A DNA stretch of 64,000 nucleotides. Source: a virus. The stretch's first letter is position 1, and every line of letters starts with the position of its first letter. The position numbers were made by a program, and so were the translations under genes. A model generated the notes under the pieces. The model ran no database searches and was not told where the DNA came from. It worked only from the letters and a program-made list of their open reading frames with translations. Location of the stretch: positions 63,192-127,191 of the IMG/VR virus record IMGVR_UViG_3300035696_000014; one strand, 5' to 3'. Positions 9,880 through 20,244 of the stretch are shown here, piece by piece.

Positions 9880-10200
9880 TCAGGCTGCCTTCTTCATCGC
9901 CTGCTGGGGTTGCTGGCCCTTCTTGGCCAGGCCCTTCAGCTGTTCGACGTACTTGCGAACCTCGGCAGCCTTGTTGAAGATGTCGCTGTGGATGCCCACC
10001 ACGATGGCTTTTGCGGGGCCAGCGGGAGCGAGCTCGTGGGCCTGTTCGACCTTCTTGTTGAGGTTCTGCAGGTCCATCAAGATCGCATCGAGGATCCCAT
10101 TGAAGTCGGGTTGCTTCTTGCCGAAGAGCTCCTGGAGGGCTTGCGAGTACTCCTGCTCCTCTTGGATCAGCTGCTTGAGGTCGCCGACGCGGATCTTCAT
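9880..10200 (-). CDS. Small helical protein with MKIRVGDLKQLIQEE N-terminus (candidate internal head protein)
   Basis: ORF track; shared N-terminal motif. Confidence 0.75.
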   Translation of the reverse strand: MKIRVGDLKQLIQEEQEYSQALQELFGKKQPDFNGILDAILMDLQNLNKKVEQAHELAPAGPAKAIVVGIHSDIFNKAAEVRKYVEQLKGLAKKGQQPQQAMKKAA

Positions 10201-10394
10201 CCCAGGTCTCTTTCTGCGACAGCGAAGGCGAACTCCTCGTCAATCACTGTCTGCAGCTGGTCGGTTGTCAGGCGCCCTTCGGGCAGCACCGTCCGCGGGC
10301 GGGGGACCCAATCATCAGCCGTGGGGCCCAGTTCCAGCTTGCGCCGGACTGCCTCACGGATGATGTTGCGGAGCTGCTGCTTGGACACCCTCAT
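10197..10394 (-). CDS. Small protein with MRVSKQQLRNIIRE N-terminus (candidate internal head protein)
   Basis: ORF track; ATGA coupling to the next gene; shared motif. Confidence 0.7.
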   Translation of the reverse strand: MRVSKQQLRNIIREAVRRKLELGPTADDWVPRPRTVLPEGRLTTDQLQTVIDEEFAFAVAERDLG

Positions 10395-10406
10395 GGTTCA
10401 CCCAGC

Positions 10407-13400
10407 TCACACCTGCTGCGAGATGTTGTTGGTCACCACGAAGTCGAGGGAGACGTACTCGAGCGACTTGGTGGGCTGGACGTAGATCTTGCCGCGGATG
10501 GTGTTGTTCTCGATGTCGAGCTGCGTCGTTGTCGAGGAGTCGATGACAACCTTGAAGTTCGACAGGCCTGCCTGGGCCTGGATCTTCTGCAGGACGGGGG
10601 TCACTGCGGCAGAGAAGGCTGCCAGGGTGGCATCCCTGTTCTGCTCGAACAGGATGGTATTGGCGATGTCCCGCACCTGCCGGCGGATCTCGATCAGCAG
10701 GCGGCGGACGTTGACGCGATCCAGCGCCGTTGCGGCCTGCTGCAGCGTCTTCTGTCCCCAAACCACCACACCACCCTTCGGGTTGGTGCCGGCGGTTGCG
10801 TTGCCCGGGAAGGCAACGAGCGGGTTGATGTTGGCGTCGTACAGGGTGTCCATGTCAGCCTTCGCAAGCTTGACACGGGCCTCCAGGGTGGTCTGCAAGG
10901 CGCCGCGGGTGAAGCCGGCGGGAGCGAACCACGGGTGACCGACCGCATCGTTCAGAGCCAAGGCTCCAAGGACGACGACCGACGGGGCCACGAAGAGGTT
11001 GGTCTGCGTGTTCGGATCGGGCATCAGGACGTCGGGGAAGTATGCTGCACCGAAGCTGCTGTTGACAGCACGCTCCAGGAAGCTCTGCACCGTGTAGGTC
11101 ACCGACGGCAACTGGGAGTCGTCAACCACCAGCTTGTCGTTGTTGTCGTACTGCTCGAGGTCCATCAGGTACATGCAGTCGAAACGCTGCTCACAGGTGG
11201 ACAGGCCCTGGTCAGTGATGACCGGGTGCCGGATGCCAGGCACAGCCAGCAGCTCGATGTCGACGTTGGTGACGTCGCCCATGATGCTGAGACCGACATT
11301 GTAGGCCGACACGCTGGCGCCGAGGTTGAAGCCACGGTTGCTGGCGTTCATGTCGTCTTCGACGGCGGTATTGGTGATCGCGCTCTCGTCGGGGTCGAAC
11401 AGGTTGGTGCCGTCGAAGCCGCCCTGCACCAGGAACGACCACTTCAGGAAGCGACGGTTGGACTGGATGAAGTCGCTGGGCAGCAAGCCACGGGTTGCCG
11501 TGGCATCGTTGACCGGGATGTTGCCGTTGCGGACGTACTGCGCCGAGGCCCACTGGGTCGGGTCGGCGATGCCGGCCGAGTTGGTGACGACCTGGACGTT
11601 CATCAACGTGAACGCGTTGTAATTGAAACGATCGGCGTCGATGACCGCACCGTTGACAGGCGGGGCGCCGTTGTTGTCACCCACCCGCATGTTCTGCACG
11701 TCGGTGCGGAACTCGGGCTGGTAGCCGGCGAAAGCCTGTAGCGAGTTGTTGGCCAGGGTGCTGGCATTGGGGGTCGAGGCGTTGGTGACGTGCTCGAACT
11801 GCAGGCCCCAGTACAGCAGCGGGTTGACCTGCAGCTTGGCGCCCGTGCCCTGTGTCACGTTCTGTCGCAGCGGCACCGGGGGCTCGATGATGTCCGAAGC
11901 CCAGCTGCTGCCTGAGACAGACAGCGCTGAGTACGAGCCGGAAATGATGGGATCTGAGGGCTGAACCAGGCAGCCACCCGCCGTCACCAGGTGGTGAACG
12001 CCGCGGAGGCCGACCGGGAGAGCCGTCGGATCCAGTTCCCCAGTATCAACGCTGGGATCCACTTCAATGCGGATGTAGTTGGAGGCGTTGGCGTAGTTGC
12101 CGTCGACGACCAGCTTCTGCGCGGTGGGACCACGGTCGAAGTCGAAGAAGGTGTTGACGTCACCGATCACCGCAGCGATGTACTGCGAGTCGCTCGGGTT
12201 CAGCGTCAGGCCGCGGAACTGCTCCAGGTACTGGGGCGCGGAATCGTTGTCGCCCCATGCACGGACGACGAGGTCGAAGGTTCCGTACTGGTTCGACGGG
12301 TCAGTCGACAGCGCCGGGTTCTCGATCGACAGCTTGTACATCGTCGACACGCCGGTGCCATCGTCCAAAGCGTGGACGCGGAACAGGTTGTGGACCTTGC
12401 CACCGAAGGGCTGGCTGACGACCCACGGAGACATCGCGTGCTCGAAGCGATCGCGGAAGTCCTCGTAGTCAGGGACAGTGTCGCTGCCCACATCGCGGGC
12501 CAGCGAGCTGGTCAGGATGAACGCTGCGGGTTCAGCACCCGTGTTGTAGCTCGTTGCCGCACCAGCGCCGTAGCGCGGGTTGACGAAGCCTGAACCCGTT
12601 GCGACCGCGACAGCCGGGTGGATGTCGTAGGTCATGTACAGGTAGTGACCCGCCTGGTCCAGGTTCTCGGGGTTAGTGTTCAGGACGTTCGCGTAGTAGT
12701 TGGGTGAGGTCAGGTCGAACGATGCGGTGATGACGTTCGGGAACAGCGGGCTGCCCTTGAGACCGTTCAAGAGGAGGACGAAGTCCTGCTTGGCGATCGA
12801 ACCGTCAAAGAGGACCAGGTCACCGAGGCTGGAGCCGTTTGCCCGAGCGTTAGCGAGGTCTGTTGACAGCGGCGCGATGCTGCTGGTACCGGGAACGGAC
12901 GATGACAGGGTCAGGACAACGCCCGACGCCGCCATCACGATGCCGCGGACAATCGGCACGCTGGTGCCTGCCGTCGCTGATTGCGCCTGTGCACCTGCTG
13001 CCGAGAAGTACGTTGAACCGGCCGACTCCGACATGAAGCAGCCGAGGAAGTAGGTGCGGCCGTTGGGGCCTGCGCCGCCCCCAAGAGCGTTGACCGAGTT
13101 GGCGTAGGAGTTCGGGCTCAGCTCACCGTTGTTGGTGGGATCGGGTTGATCCTCGCCGACAGTGAAGCCAGCAGCGAGGACATCGCCACCACCCGTGGTG
13201 ACGCTCTGGTTGGAGGGGGTGCCCTGCCGCGCAGTGCCCTGGCCCACGCCGAGGACACGGAGGTAGGTCAACGCTTGCGCGTTGCGGAGCCACTCCGTCA
13301 CCGCCAGGGGGCCGAACTTCTTGCCGTCGGTGAGACCGAACTTCAGATAGAAGTCATTGACGACGCCCACCGTGATGGGCACGAAGGCCGGTCCCTTCAG

Positions 13401-13511
13401 GCTGGTGCCGATGACGCCTGCGGGGGTACCGGTCGGCTGTGTTGCCAACGGCTGCGACTGATCGATCTCTGTCGCTGTGACCCCAGGTGCGCCGAACTTG
13501 AGCTGTGCCAT
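10407..13511 (-). CDS. Tail sheath protein, copy 2 (gp18-like), 1034 aa
   Basis: PGVTATEIDQS start, GPAFVP, PWFAPAGFTRG, INPL, VWGQKTL, LDRVNVRRLL. Confidence 0.93.
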   Translation of the reverse strand: MAQLKFGAPGVTATEIDQSQPLATQPTGTPAGVIGTSLKGPAFVPITVGVVNDFYLKFGLTDGKKFGPLAVTEWLRNAQALTYLRVLGVGQGTARQGTPSNQSVTTGGGDVLAAGFTVGEDQPDPTNNGELSPNSYANSVNALGGGAGPNGRTYFLGCFMSESAGSTYFSAAGAQAQSATAGTSVPIVRGIVMAASGVVLTLSSSVPGTSSIAPLSTDLANARANGSSLGDLVLFDGSIAKQDFVLLLNGLKGSPLFPNVITASFDLTSPNYYANVLNTNPENLDQAGHYLYMTYDIHPAVAVATGSGFVNPRYGAGAATSYNTGAEPAAFILTSSLARDVGSDTVPDYEDFRDRFEHAMSPWVVSQPFGGKVHNLFRVHALDDGTGVSTMYKLSIENPALSTDPSNQYGTFDLVVRAWGDNDSAPQYLEQFRGLTLNPSDSQYIAAVIGDVNTFFDFDRGPTAQKLVVDGNYANASNYIRIEVDPSVDTGELDPTALPVGLRGVHHLVTAGGCLVQPSDPIISGSYSALSVSGSSWASDIIEPPVPLRQNVTQGTGAKLQVNPLLYWGLQFEHVTNASTPNASTLANNSLQAFAGYQPEFRTDVQNMRVGDNNGAPPVNGAVIDADRFNYNAFTLMNVQVVTNSAGIADPTQWASAQYVRNGNIPVNDATATRGLLPSDFIQSNRRFLKWSFLVQGGFDGTNLFDPDESAITNTAVEDDMNASNRGFNLGASVSAYNVGLSIMGDVTNVDIELLAVPGIRHPVITDQGLSTCEQRFDCMYLMDLEQYDNNDKLVVDDSQLPSVTYTVQSFLERAVNSSFGAAYFPDVLMPDPNTQTNLFVAPSVVVLGALALNDAVGHPWFAPAGFTRGALQTTLEARVKLAKADMDTLYDANINPLVAFPGNATAGTNPKGGVVVWGQKTLQQAATALDRVNVRRLLIEIRRQVRDIANTILFEQNRDATLAAFSAAVTPVLQKIQAQAGLSNFKVVIDSSTTTQLDIENNTIRGKIYVQPTKSLEYVSLDFVVTNNISQQV

Positions 13512-13618
13512 CGCCTATTGCCTCTGCGCTCTAAGTATCGTATCGACGCGTTTGTGGGGCTTCGAAAGGAAACCGCCCAGGATTTGAGACAGGCGCCTAA
13601 GTAAGGCGCCCATCCTGA

Positions 13619-16600
13619 TCACATGAAGGTGATGCCCGAGTTGGTGATGATGAAGTCAATCGCGATGAACTCGACCACTCGGGTCGGGACCACGACGATG
13701 CGACCGTTCATCCGGTACTGATCAACGTCAGTCTGGGTGTTGTTCGTCGAGTTGCAGATGACCTGGAAGGCTTCGATGCCTGCCTGGGTCTGGATCAGGC
13801 CGAGCTGCAACACAGTCTGCGCCGTGAAGGCGTTCTGGGTTGCGGCGTCGTTCTGCTCGAACTCCAGCTGCAGAGCGATGTTGCTGACGATGCGCTTGAT
13901 CTCCAGCAGCAGGCGGCGGACGTTGACGCGGTCCAGCGCCGAGGAGGCTGCCTGGAGCGTCTTCTGTCCGAAGATGACGAAGCCCTGCCGCGGGAAAGTG
14001 GCGATCGGGTTGATGCGGCTGGTGTACAGCGTGTCGCGGTCTGCCGAGTTGAGGCGGACCCGCACGTTGGTGACGAAGTCCAGCGCCGCCCGGTTGAAGC
14101 CGGCCGGAGCGAACCACGGGTAGCCGATCTTGTCGTTGAAGCCGAGGGCACCCAGCGCCGCGATGGACGAAGGGACCTGGACGCGGCGGTTGTTGACGGT
14201 GTCCTGGATGGTGACATCCGGGAAGTAGGTGCCGATGTAGTTGTTGTCGATGGCACGGGTGTTGAGGCCGACTGCCGTCTGATCAACATCGGGACGCGTG
14301 GAGTCGTTGTCGTACAGCCGGTTGCCCAGCTCGTCGTAGTTCTCCAGGTCCATGACGTAGAAGGCCAGGCCGTAGGTCTTCACCTGGGTACCAGCGTAGT
14401 CCGTCAGGAAGGGCTCACGGATGCCGGGCAGAACCAGGATGTTGTGGTTGACCTGCAACGGGTCCGTCATCACGTTGATGGCGGTGACGTAGGAGGAGAC
14501 GGTCGAGTTCGACTGGCCGGTGCCGTTCTGGTTGGTCAGGAAGCCCGGCGGGACGTAGCCCGGGAAGGCGCCACCGGTGTCGTTGCCGAGACCGTAGCCC
14601 GGGCCCTCGAGGCCCGTCTGCTCCGGCGGCAGCGCGTTGTCGTCGAAGCTGGTCGCCTTGTCGTTCATGCGCCGAGCATCGGGGTCCAGGAAGTTGACGC
14701 CGTCCCAGCCGCCGGCCAGGAAGGTGGTGAACTTCAGGTAGGGAGCGAAGCGGTTGAACTGCTGCGGGGTGCCCTTGCCGAGCAGCGTCGCGAAGGTGAC
14801 GCGGTTGTACTGCAGCGATGGGTCGGCGTAGGTGTACGTCGCACCGTCCAGCTTGGCGTTGCGGATGTAGGCAGCCTCCTTCATCGAGGTGTCGATCGAT
14901 GAGGTCAGGCCCGACAGGCCGGTGCCGCCGAGGGTATCGAAGACGTCAACGAAGTTGTTGGAGAAGGCGACCTTCGCCAGGCTGAACTTGTTGTCGTTGA
15001 AGGTGTCTGCGTCGGAGCCCTCAACGAAGGTGTCGAGGCCCGAAGCACCCAGGAACTGGGTGTACGAGGACAGCAACGCGTTGGGCAGCGTCTCGATGTT
15101 CGGGTTGAGCGGGATGTCCAAGCGCTCGAACTGCACGCCCCAGTAGTAGGGCGGGTAGCTGATCTCGGTCGAGCCCGGCTCACCGAACCACACTGCGGGC
15201 GAGGGTCGGTTGCCCTTCGTCACCTTGGTGCGGAAGGGGACCGGCGGCAGCACCGAGGCGGTCAGCGACTGAGCGCTGCCCTTCAGGATGCCGCTGACGC
15301 GGACCAGGTTGGATGCCAGCACCGAGAAGTCATCGAGGTTGCTGTTGGTCTTCAGGACCGAAGCACCGCGGAAGCCGAAGGGCAGCGCCGTGGCGGGCAC
15401 CGTCTGGTTGTAGACGGCATCGGTGATGTTGACGCGGATGTAAGCCGACTGGTTGGCGTACTTGCCCGAGGCCACGATGCGACGCTCAGTGTTGATCGTC
15501 GCGTCGAAGTTGTAGTAGACCTTGCGGTCACCGATGACGGCACCGATGAAGTTGTCAGCTGTCGGGTCGAGGCTCAGGTTGTTGAACTGCTCCAGGACGT
15601 TCGGGTTGATGTCGGTGTCATCCCAGCTGCGGACCTGCAGCGAGAAGGTGCCGTACTGGTAGTTCTGCGTCGTCGATGCCTGCAGGTTGACGATGCTGAT
15701 CTTGTAGAGGTTGTTGGCGTACTGGCCGTCGTCCAGAGCCTCGACGTTGAAGAGGTCGTACTCCACCTTGCCGAAGGGCTGGCTGATGAAGTTCGTCGTC
15801 TTCGGGGTCTGGTACCGCGCATCGAAGGCGCCGAAGCTGGCCCGGAACGAGGTGTTGTCGAACCACGGGCTAGCAACGTAGGCAGTGTCCGGGTTGTTGG
15901 CGCTGACGTTGGCAGTGCCCGACAGGACCGCGGCGACCGTAGCAGTGGCGACCTCATCGTCGACCGCGAAGTCGGCGTAGAGCACGTGCTGGAACTCGAC
16001 GAAGTTGTCGGGGTTGGTGTTCAGCAGCTTGGCGTAGTAGTTGATGTCATCCGGGTCGAACGACGCGGTGACGATGTGGCAGCCCGGGTTGCCGTCGTCG
16101 TTGTAGAAGTCGGAACCCAGTGCCGAGGAGATGATGAGCTTGAAGTAGCCGCTCGGGCTCGTTGCCGAGCTGCCCACCATCGCGCCGTAGTCAGCCAGGC
16201 TGTTGATGAAGCCCGCCGTCGAAGAGGCGCTGGAGAAGTCCTGTGCGCCGTTGGCGACCATCAGGCGGGCGCCCGAGGCCATCAGGACCATGCCGCGGAT
16301 CAGGTTGGCGGTGCCGCCGTTGAAGCTGTCGTTGTCGGTGAAGATGGCGGGGCCGAAAGCCTCGTCAGACTGCACCGTGTGCTGTGCGGCCAGGAACTGG
16401 ACCACGCCGGTGTGGCGGCCATAGGGGTCTGCGCTCTTCGGGTGCTTGCCAGGATCTGTTGCGCTGTAGGCGAAAGCCGGAGTGCCATCGAGGTGGAAAC
16501 CAGCACCGACGGTGCGGCCCGTGTCCAGGGTGCGGTTGATGTCAGCGCCCGTGGCGTTGGCACCTGCCCCTAGGATGCGCATGAAGGTGAGCGCGCTCCT

Positions 16601-16837
16601 GTTGGCCAGGAAGTAGTAGGCCGCGTACGGGCCGAACCGGGTCGGGTCCAGGGTGCCGAAGACAGCGTTGAACTGATCGAAGTTGCCGACCGTTACGGGG
16701 ACGAAAGCAGGGCCGCGGTTTGCGGTACCGATGACCCCCGCCGGGACGCCCACAGGGTTCTGCGGCGACGGACCGGATTGGTCGATCTCCCGATCGTAAA
16801 AGTTGGGGGACAGAAAGGTCTGCAGCGTCTGCGGCAT
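13619..16837 (-). CDS. Tail sheath protein, copy 1 (gp18-like), 1072 aa
   Basis: SPNFYDREIDQS, GPAFVP, PWFAPAGFNRA, INPIATFP, IFGQKTL, LDRVNVRRLL. Confidence 0.93.
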   Translation of the reverse strand: MPQTLQTFLSPNFYDREIDQSGPSPQNPVGVPAGVIGTANRGPAFVPVTVGNFDQFNAVFGTLDPTRFGPYAAYYFLANRSALTFMRILGAGANATGADINRTLDTGRTVGAGFHLDGTPAFAYSATDPGKHPKSADPYGRHTGVVQFLAAQHTVQSDEAFGPAIFTDNDSFNGGTANLIRGMVLMASGARLMVANGAQDFSSASSTAGFINSLADYGAMVGSSATSPSGYFKLIISSALGSDFYNDDGNPGCHIVTASFDPDDINYYAKLLNTNPDNFVEFQHVLYADFAVDDEVATATVAAVLSGTANVSANNPDTAYVASPWFDNTSFRASFGAFDARYQTPKTTNFISQPFGKVEYDLFNVEALDDGQYANNLYKISIVNLQASTTQNYQYGTFSLQVRSWDDTDINPNVLEQFNNLSLDPTADNFIGAVIGDRKVYYNFDATINTERRIVASGKYANQSAYIRVNITDAVYNQTVPATALPFGFRGASVLKTNSNLDDFSVLASNLVRVSGILKGSAQSLTASVLPPVPFRTKVTKGNRPSPAVWFGEPGSTEISYPPYYWGVQFERLDIPLNPNIETLPNALLSSYTQFLGASGLDTFVEGSDADTFNDNKFSLAKVAFSNNFVDVFDTLGGTGLSGLTSSIDTSMKEAAYIRNAKLDGATYTYADPSLQYNRVTFATLLGKGTPQQFNRFAPYLKFTTFLAGGWDGVNFLDPDARRMNDKATSFDDNALPPEQTGLEGPGYGLGNDTGGAFPGYVPPGFLTNQNGTGQSNSTVSSYVTAINVMTDPLQVNHNILVLPGIREPFLTDYAGTQVKTYGLAFYVMDLENYDELGNRLYDNDSTRPDVDQTAVGLNTRAIDNNYIGTYFPDVTIQDTVNNRRVQVPSSIAALGALGFNDKIGYPWFAPAGFNRAALDFVTNVRVRLNSADRDTLYTSRINPIATFPRQGFVIFGQKTLQAASSALDRVNVRRLLLEIKRIVSNIALQLEFEQNDAATQNAFTAQTVLQLGLIQTQAGIEAFQVICNSTNNTQTDVDQYRMNGRIVVVPTRVVEFIAIDFIITNSGITFM

Positions 16838-16909
16838 TACCGTGCTCCTCTAGCGCGTGGTGAATCGCTAGGATAAGTACCACCCCCGCGGGACGAAGTC
16901 CACCTACGG

Positions 16910-18253
16910 TCAGTCCTCGACAGTCAGGATGGTCAGGCCACCGAGCGTGGCGTCAGCCGGCGAGAGCACTGTTTCGCCGGTGAACTGGTTGACGTTCCTG
17001 ACGCGGAACATGCGTGTCACCACGCGGCCGTTGCGGTCGATACCAGTCACCTTCTTGAACTGCGGTGGCTGCGTGCCACGGGGCAACCTTGTCACTGCGG
17101 GATCATCAGGGTTGGTCACCGCGTCCTCGTTGGGGTAGTCCCGCGTCCCGCGCGTGAACCTTTGATCTGCACGTCGGACGGCCCAGTTGGGTTGCTGGTC
17201 GGTCTCAGTGCCCACGGTTGGCAACGTGGGGTCATCGGCTCCCAAGAACGGGGTGTCATAGGCCGGCGCGCCCGCATCACCCTCGGGGGTGCTGGTCAGG
17301 CCGACGCTGAACTCGATGGTCGGGCTCGACACGTAGCGCTTCAAAGGAACGGGCGCGCCCGGGACGCCCGTCGCGAGGATGTAGCCCGGGACCTTGACGA
17401 CGAACTTGTACTTGATCAGCCTCTCAACCTGCGAGTAGTCGTCGGTGTTGGCGTCGGATGACATCTGTCCCCCGTCGACGTTCGCCAGGAACCAGTAACC
17501 CTTCGGGGAGTCGATCCGCCAGACGTTGCCCTGTGGCAGGTACGAGGCGATCATCATCTCCAGCAGCTGGTTCATGTGGCTGGTGTACTGCGTCCAGAAG
17601 GTGACGTCGTACTGAGCAGTGAAGAACTGCGGCGCCGGGATGACGATGGTCTCCCAGATGTTGTTCTGCCGGTTGGGGATGAGCAGGCCTCCCTGTTGCA
17701 CCGTCGGGTCCTGAGCGAGGTCGCCCACCGAACGTAGGGTGGTGAGCTGCATCGGGTCAGCCTGGTCTGGGTTCACCGCCAGGTTCTGCTGGTGCGGGAT
17801 CAGCAGCCTGTTGACGAGCTGCTGGTAGTCCCGGTCAGTGTGATCGAGCTTACGACGAATGACGATCTCGCCCGTCTGTTGGTTGATGCCACGACCGGTG
17901 ATGTCCTGGACCGGGTCCTGGAAGATGTTGGTCCTGATGATGGTGACCAATGGCAGGATCAGGGCGCCGTTGCGGTCCTTGAGAGCGCGCATGCGCTTGT
18001 TCAGCGCCCACTTCTCACCAGCCGCCATCAGCACCGGTACCTTACGGAGGCCATCGGGAGCGTCAGCACCGCCCTTGACGGCGAATGGGATCTCCTTGTC
18101 GAACAGGGTGAACAGAGCTTGGTCCACGTCGGTGATGCCGACGGGCGGGATCGTCAGGTCCTTGGGACCCGACTTGCCCTGGTAACCCGACTGCAGCGGT
18201 GGAACGCCGAGCCTGACCCGAGAAGCTGACTGCGAGTTGAAACGTGTCGGCAT
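16910..18253 (-). CDS. Tail completion/terminator-like protein (gp15-like), 447 aa
   Basis: Lies between neck and sheath genes; KVPVLMAAGEKW, LPLVTI, P-x-F-x-x-x-YDVTFWT pattern. Confidence 0.6.
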   Translation of the reverse strand: MPTRFNSQSASRVRLGVPPLQSGYQGKSGPKDLTIPPVGITDVDQALFTLFDKEIPFAVKGGADAPDGLRKVPVLMAAGEKWALNKRMRALKDRNGALILPLVTIIRTNIFQDPVQDITGRGINQQTGEIVIRRKLDHTDRDYQQLVNRLLIPHQQNLAVNPDQADPMQLTTLRSVGDLAQDPTVQQGGLLIPNRQNNIWETIVIPAPQFFTAQYDVTFWTQYTSHMNQLLEMMIASYLPQGNVWRIDSPKGYWFLANVDGGQMSSDANTDDYSQVERLIKYKFVVKVPGYILATGVPGAPVPLKRYVSSPTIEFSVGLTSTPEGDAGAPAYDTPFLGADDPTLPTVGTETDQQPNWAVRRADQRFTRGTRDYPNEDAVTNPDDPAVTRLPRGTQPPQFKKVTGIDRNGRVVTRMFRVRNVNQFTGETVLSPADATLGGLTILTVED

Positions 18254-18256
18254 GGC

Positions 18257-18952
18257 TCACTTCCCGCCCGGCTGGTTGGCCGGGTCATCTTCATCGTAGA
18301 AGGAGCTGTCACCTGGGAACTCGCCGCCCTTCTCGGACACCTCCTTGGCGCCGGTGATGGGCTTGTCGAGCACGGCGGGGTTCTGCAGGTCGCGGATGTC
18401 GCCGGTGACACCCTCCTTGTTGACAGCCTGGCCGCGCTGCTGGTAGAAGTCTGTCTGCACCGCGCCGGGGTCCGGGCGGCTGATGTCAGTGGGCCCGATG
18501 GTGAGCGCCTTGAACTGCGTCTCGCGGGCCTTGGTGCCGATCAGCTTGACGCCGTCCTTGTGCTCGGGCATGCCGTAGATGTTGCGCATGAAGAGCTTCT
18601 CTGTCACCTCGTAGAAGACGTCTGAGAAGGAGAAGAAGTCGCCGATGGCCGGGGTAATGCCCTTGTCGACCAGGTCACGCCACTGGACGTAAGCCTCGAT
18701 CTTGAACTGTGCATCGACACCGAAGGGGGTGATCTTGGTGTCTGACTGGAAGTGGGTGTCCACCAAACAGTCCAGAACGATGGGCTTGTCGAAGGTCTTC
18801 TGAAGCGCCTCGTTGTAGAGGACATCGACCTTGGTCTTGTTCTCGTTGACAGCGTAGTAGTAGATCTTCTGCCCGACGACGTCCTTGATCAGCTCCTTGG
18901 TGATGTCGCTGATGAAGTTGAACTCCCGTGGCGTGAGGTACAGGCGTCCCAT
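18257..18952 (-). CDS. Neck/head-closure protein (gp14-like), 231 aa
   Basis: ELIKDVVGQKIYYY, LYNEA, P-x-IGDFF-x(5)-YEV; follows the gp13-like gene. Confidence 0.7.
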   Translation of the reverse strand: MGRLYLTPREFNFISDITKELIKDVVGQKIYYYAVNENKTKVDVLYNEALQKTFDKPIVLDCLVDTHFQSDTKITPFGVDAQFKIEAYVQWRDLVDKGITPAIGDFFSFSDVFYEVTEKLFMRNIYGMPEHKDGVKLIGTKARETQFKALTIGPTDISRPDPGAVQTDFYQQRGQAVNKEGVTGDIRDLQNPAVLDKPITGAKEVSEKGGEFPGDSSFYDEDDPANQPGGK

Positions 18953-18955
18953 GGT

Positions 18956-20194
18956 TCACCCGAAAATGATGGCTTTGCCGTGCGGGATCGCGGTGTACTT
19001 CAACATCTGCTGCATCGCCTCTCCGATGTTGGCCTGAGACTTCAACAGGTTCTCATAGGTGAGCTTCTCCAGGAACTCCTTGAGGTTCGTCATCAGCCTC
19101 TCCTGGTCAGCACGGCCCTGTTCGATCAGCGCAGCGCCGTTCAACTGCAGGTCGGCGTTGGGGATCGGGATGACCTGGAACTTGCTGCGGTTGATGCCCA
19201 ACAGCTCGCGGGCCAGCGCCAGCGCGTACTGCCTGATCCATTGCCTGCCCGGCGTGGTGATGGTGCTGTAGGGCAGGATGCTGAAGGGCACGTTCTCAGG
19301 ACCGCTGATGCCGTAGATCGAGTCATCAATGAAGTCAGGGTCAAAGACGCTGGTCGGCGTGTAGACGCGGACGTAGAGGTTGCCCATGCCGTATGGGCCC
19401 GATCCGATGCCAGCATCGTTGTATGACTGTGGCTGCGGCGAGATGCGTAGGTTGCCGCCGATCACCTCATACGAGTAGTTGGAACGCCTGACACGGAACG
19501 CTTCCTTCAACATGCCGCGCCGGACGACGTCCTCGAAGACGGGCAACACGTAGAAAACGGTGCTGTTGACGTATGACTCGTAGTTGAAGTTGGTGGCCAG
19601 GAAGTTGGTGATGTTCGACGCGTTGAGCAGGAAGGTCTGCGCTGCGATTGGTTCGAAGTGAAAGACCTCCATGACGCGGAACTTGCCACGTGAGCCCGTG
19701 GGCAGGTTGTCGACCAACAGGCCCAGGTCTTCGGAGTACATGCCTCCAGACCGCGGGTCGTAGTTCACCGTTGCGTGGAGCTCGGTGTAGAGGTTGTAGT
19801 CCTGCTTGCCGGGCACCAGCTCAAAGAAGCCCAGGGTGTAGTCGTAGTTGCCACCGACGTAGGAGGCCTGCGCGTAGGCGTCGCTGAGGCGAAACAGGAA
19901 GTCCAGGTTCTGTTGCGGGTACTTGTTGGTCAGGTCAGTCGAGCCGGTGGGCTGCCCCAGGACGTTGGCGAGCTGGCTGATGATCTTCAGCTCCTGCACC
20001 ATGCGACCGTACTCGAGGGTCGCCTGCTCCAAGCATGACCACACTTCCTTCTTCGTCAGCTCCACGCTGAGGATGTCGTCGCCCAGCATTCGCTTGGCAA
20101 ACGTGACCATCGCGTCAGCTTCGACCTGGAATGCTGCGTCCGAGTCGAAGAAGCCGAAAGGGGTGGGTTGGACGGTCTGGTTGAAGTTCGTCAT
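18956..20194 (-). CDS. Neck/head-tail adaptor protein (gp13-like), 412 aa
   Basis: RMLG-x(4)-VELT, WIRQYALALARELLG-x-x-RSKF, LQLNG motifs. Confidence 0.82.
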   Translation of the reverse strand: MTNFNQTVQPTPFGFFDSDAAFQVEADAMVTFAKRMLGDDILSVELTKKEVWSCLEQATLEYGRMVQELKIISQLANVLGQPTGSTDLTNKYPQQNLDFLFRLSDAYAQASYVGGNYDYTLGFFELVPGKQDYNLYTELHATVNYDPRSGGMYSEDLGLLVDNLPTGSRGKFRVMEVFHFEPIAAQTFLLNASNITNFLATNFNYESYVNSTVFYVLPVFEDVVRRGMLKEAFRVRRSNYSYEVIGGNLRISPQPQSYNDAGIGSGPYGMGNLYVRVYTPTSVFDPDFIDDSIYGISGPENVPFSILPYSTITTPGRQWIRQYALALARELLGINRSKFQVIPIPNADLQLNGAALIEQGRADQERLMTNLKEFLEKLTYENLLKSQANIGEAMQQMLKYTAIPHGKAIIFG

Positions 20195-20208
20195 CGCGGG
20201 CCCGGAGG

Positions 20209-20237
20209 TAACTATGGAGAGGGGATCAGCCTAGTTA
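20209..20237. promoter_or_regulatory. Back-to-back putative late promoter motifs (TAGTTA on each strand)
   Basis: TAGTTA on the minus strand at 20209-20214 before the neck gene, and on the plus strand at 20232-20237, 7 nt before ATG 20245. Confidence 0.6.
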
Positions 20238-20244
20238 AGCGGCG

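Noticed and set aside
9345-20194. Bacterial contractile injection system or tailocin (two sheaths plus tube)
   Set aside because: Capsid, portal, protease, terminase and neck genes are all present, so this is a phage.
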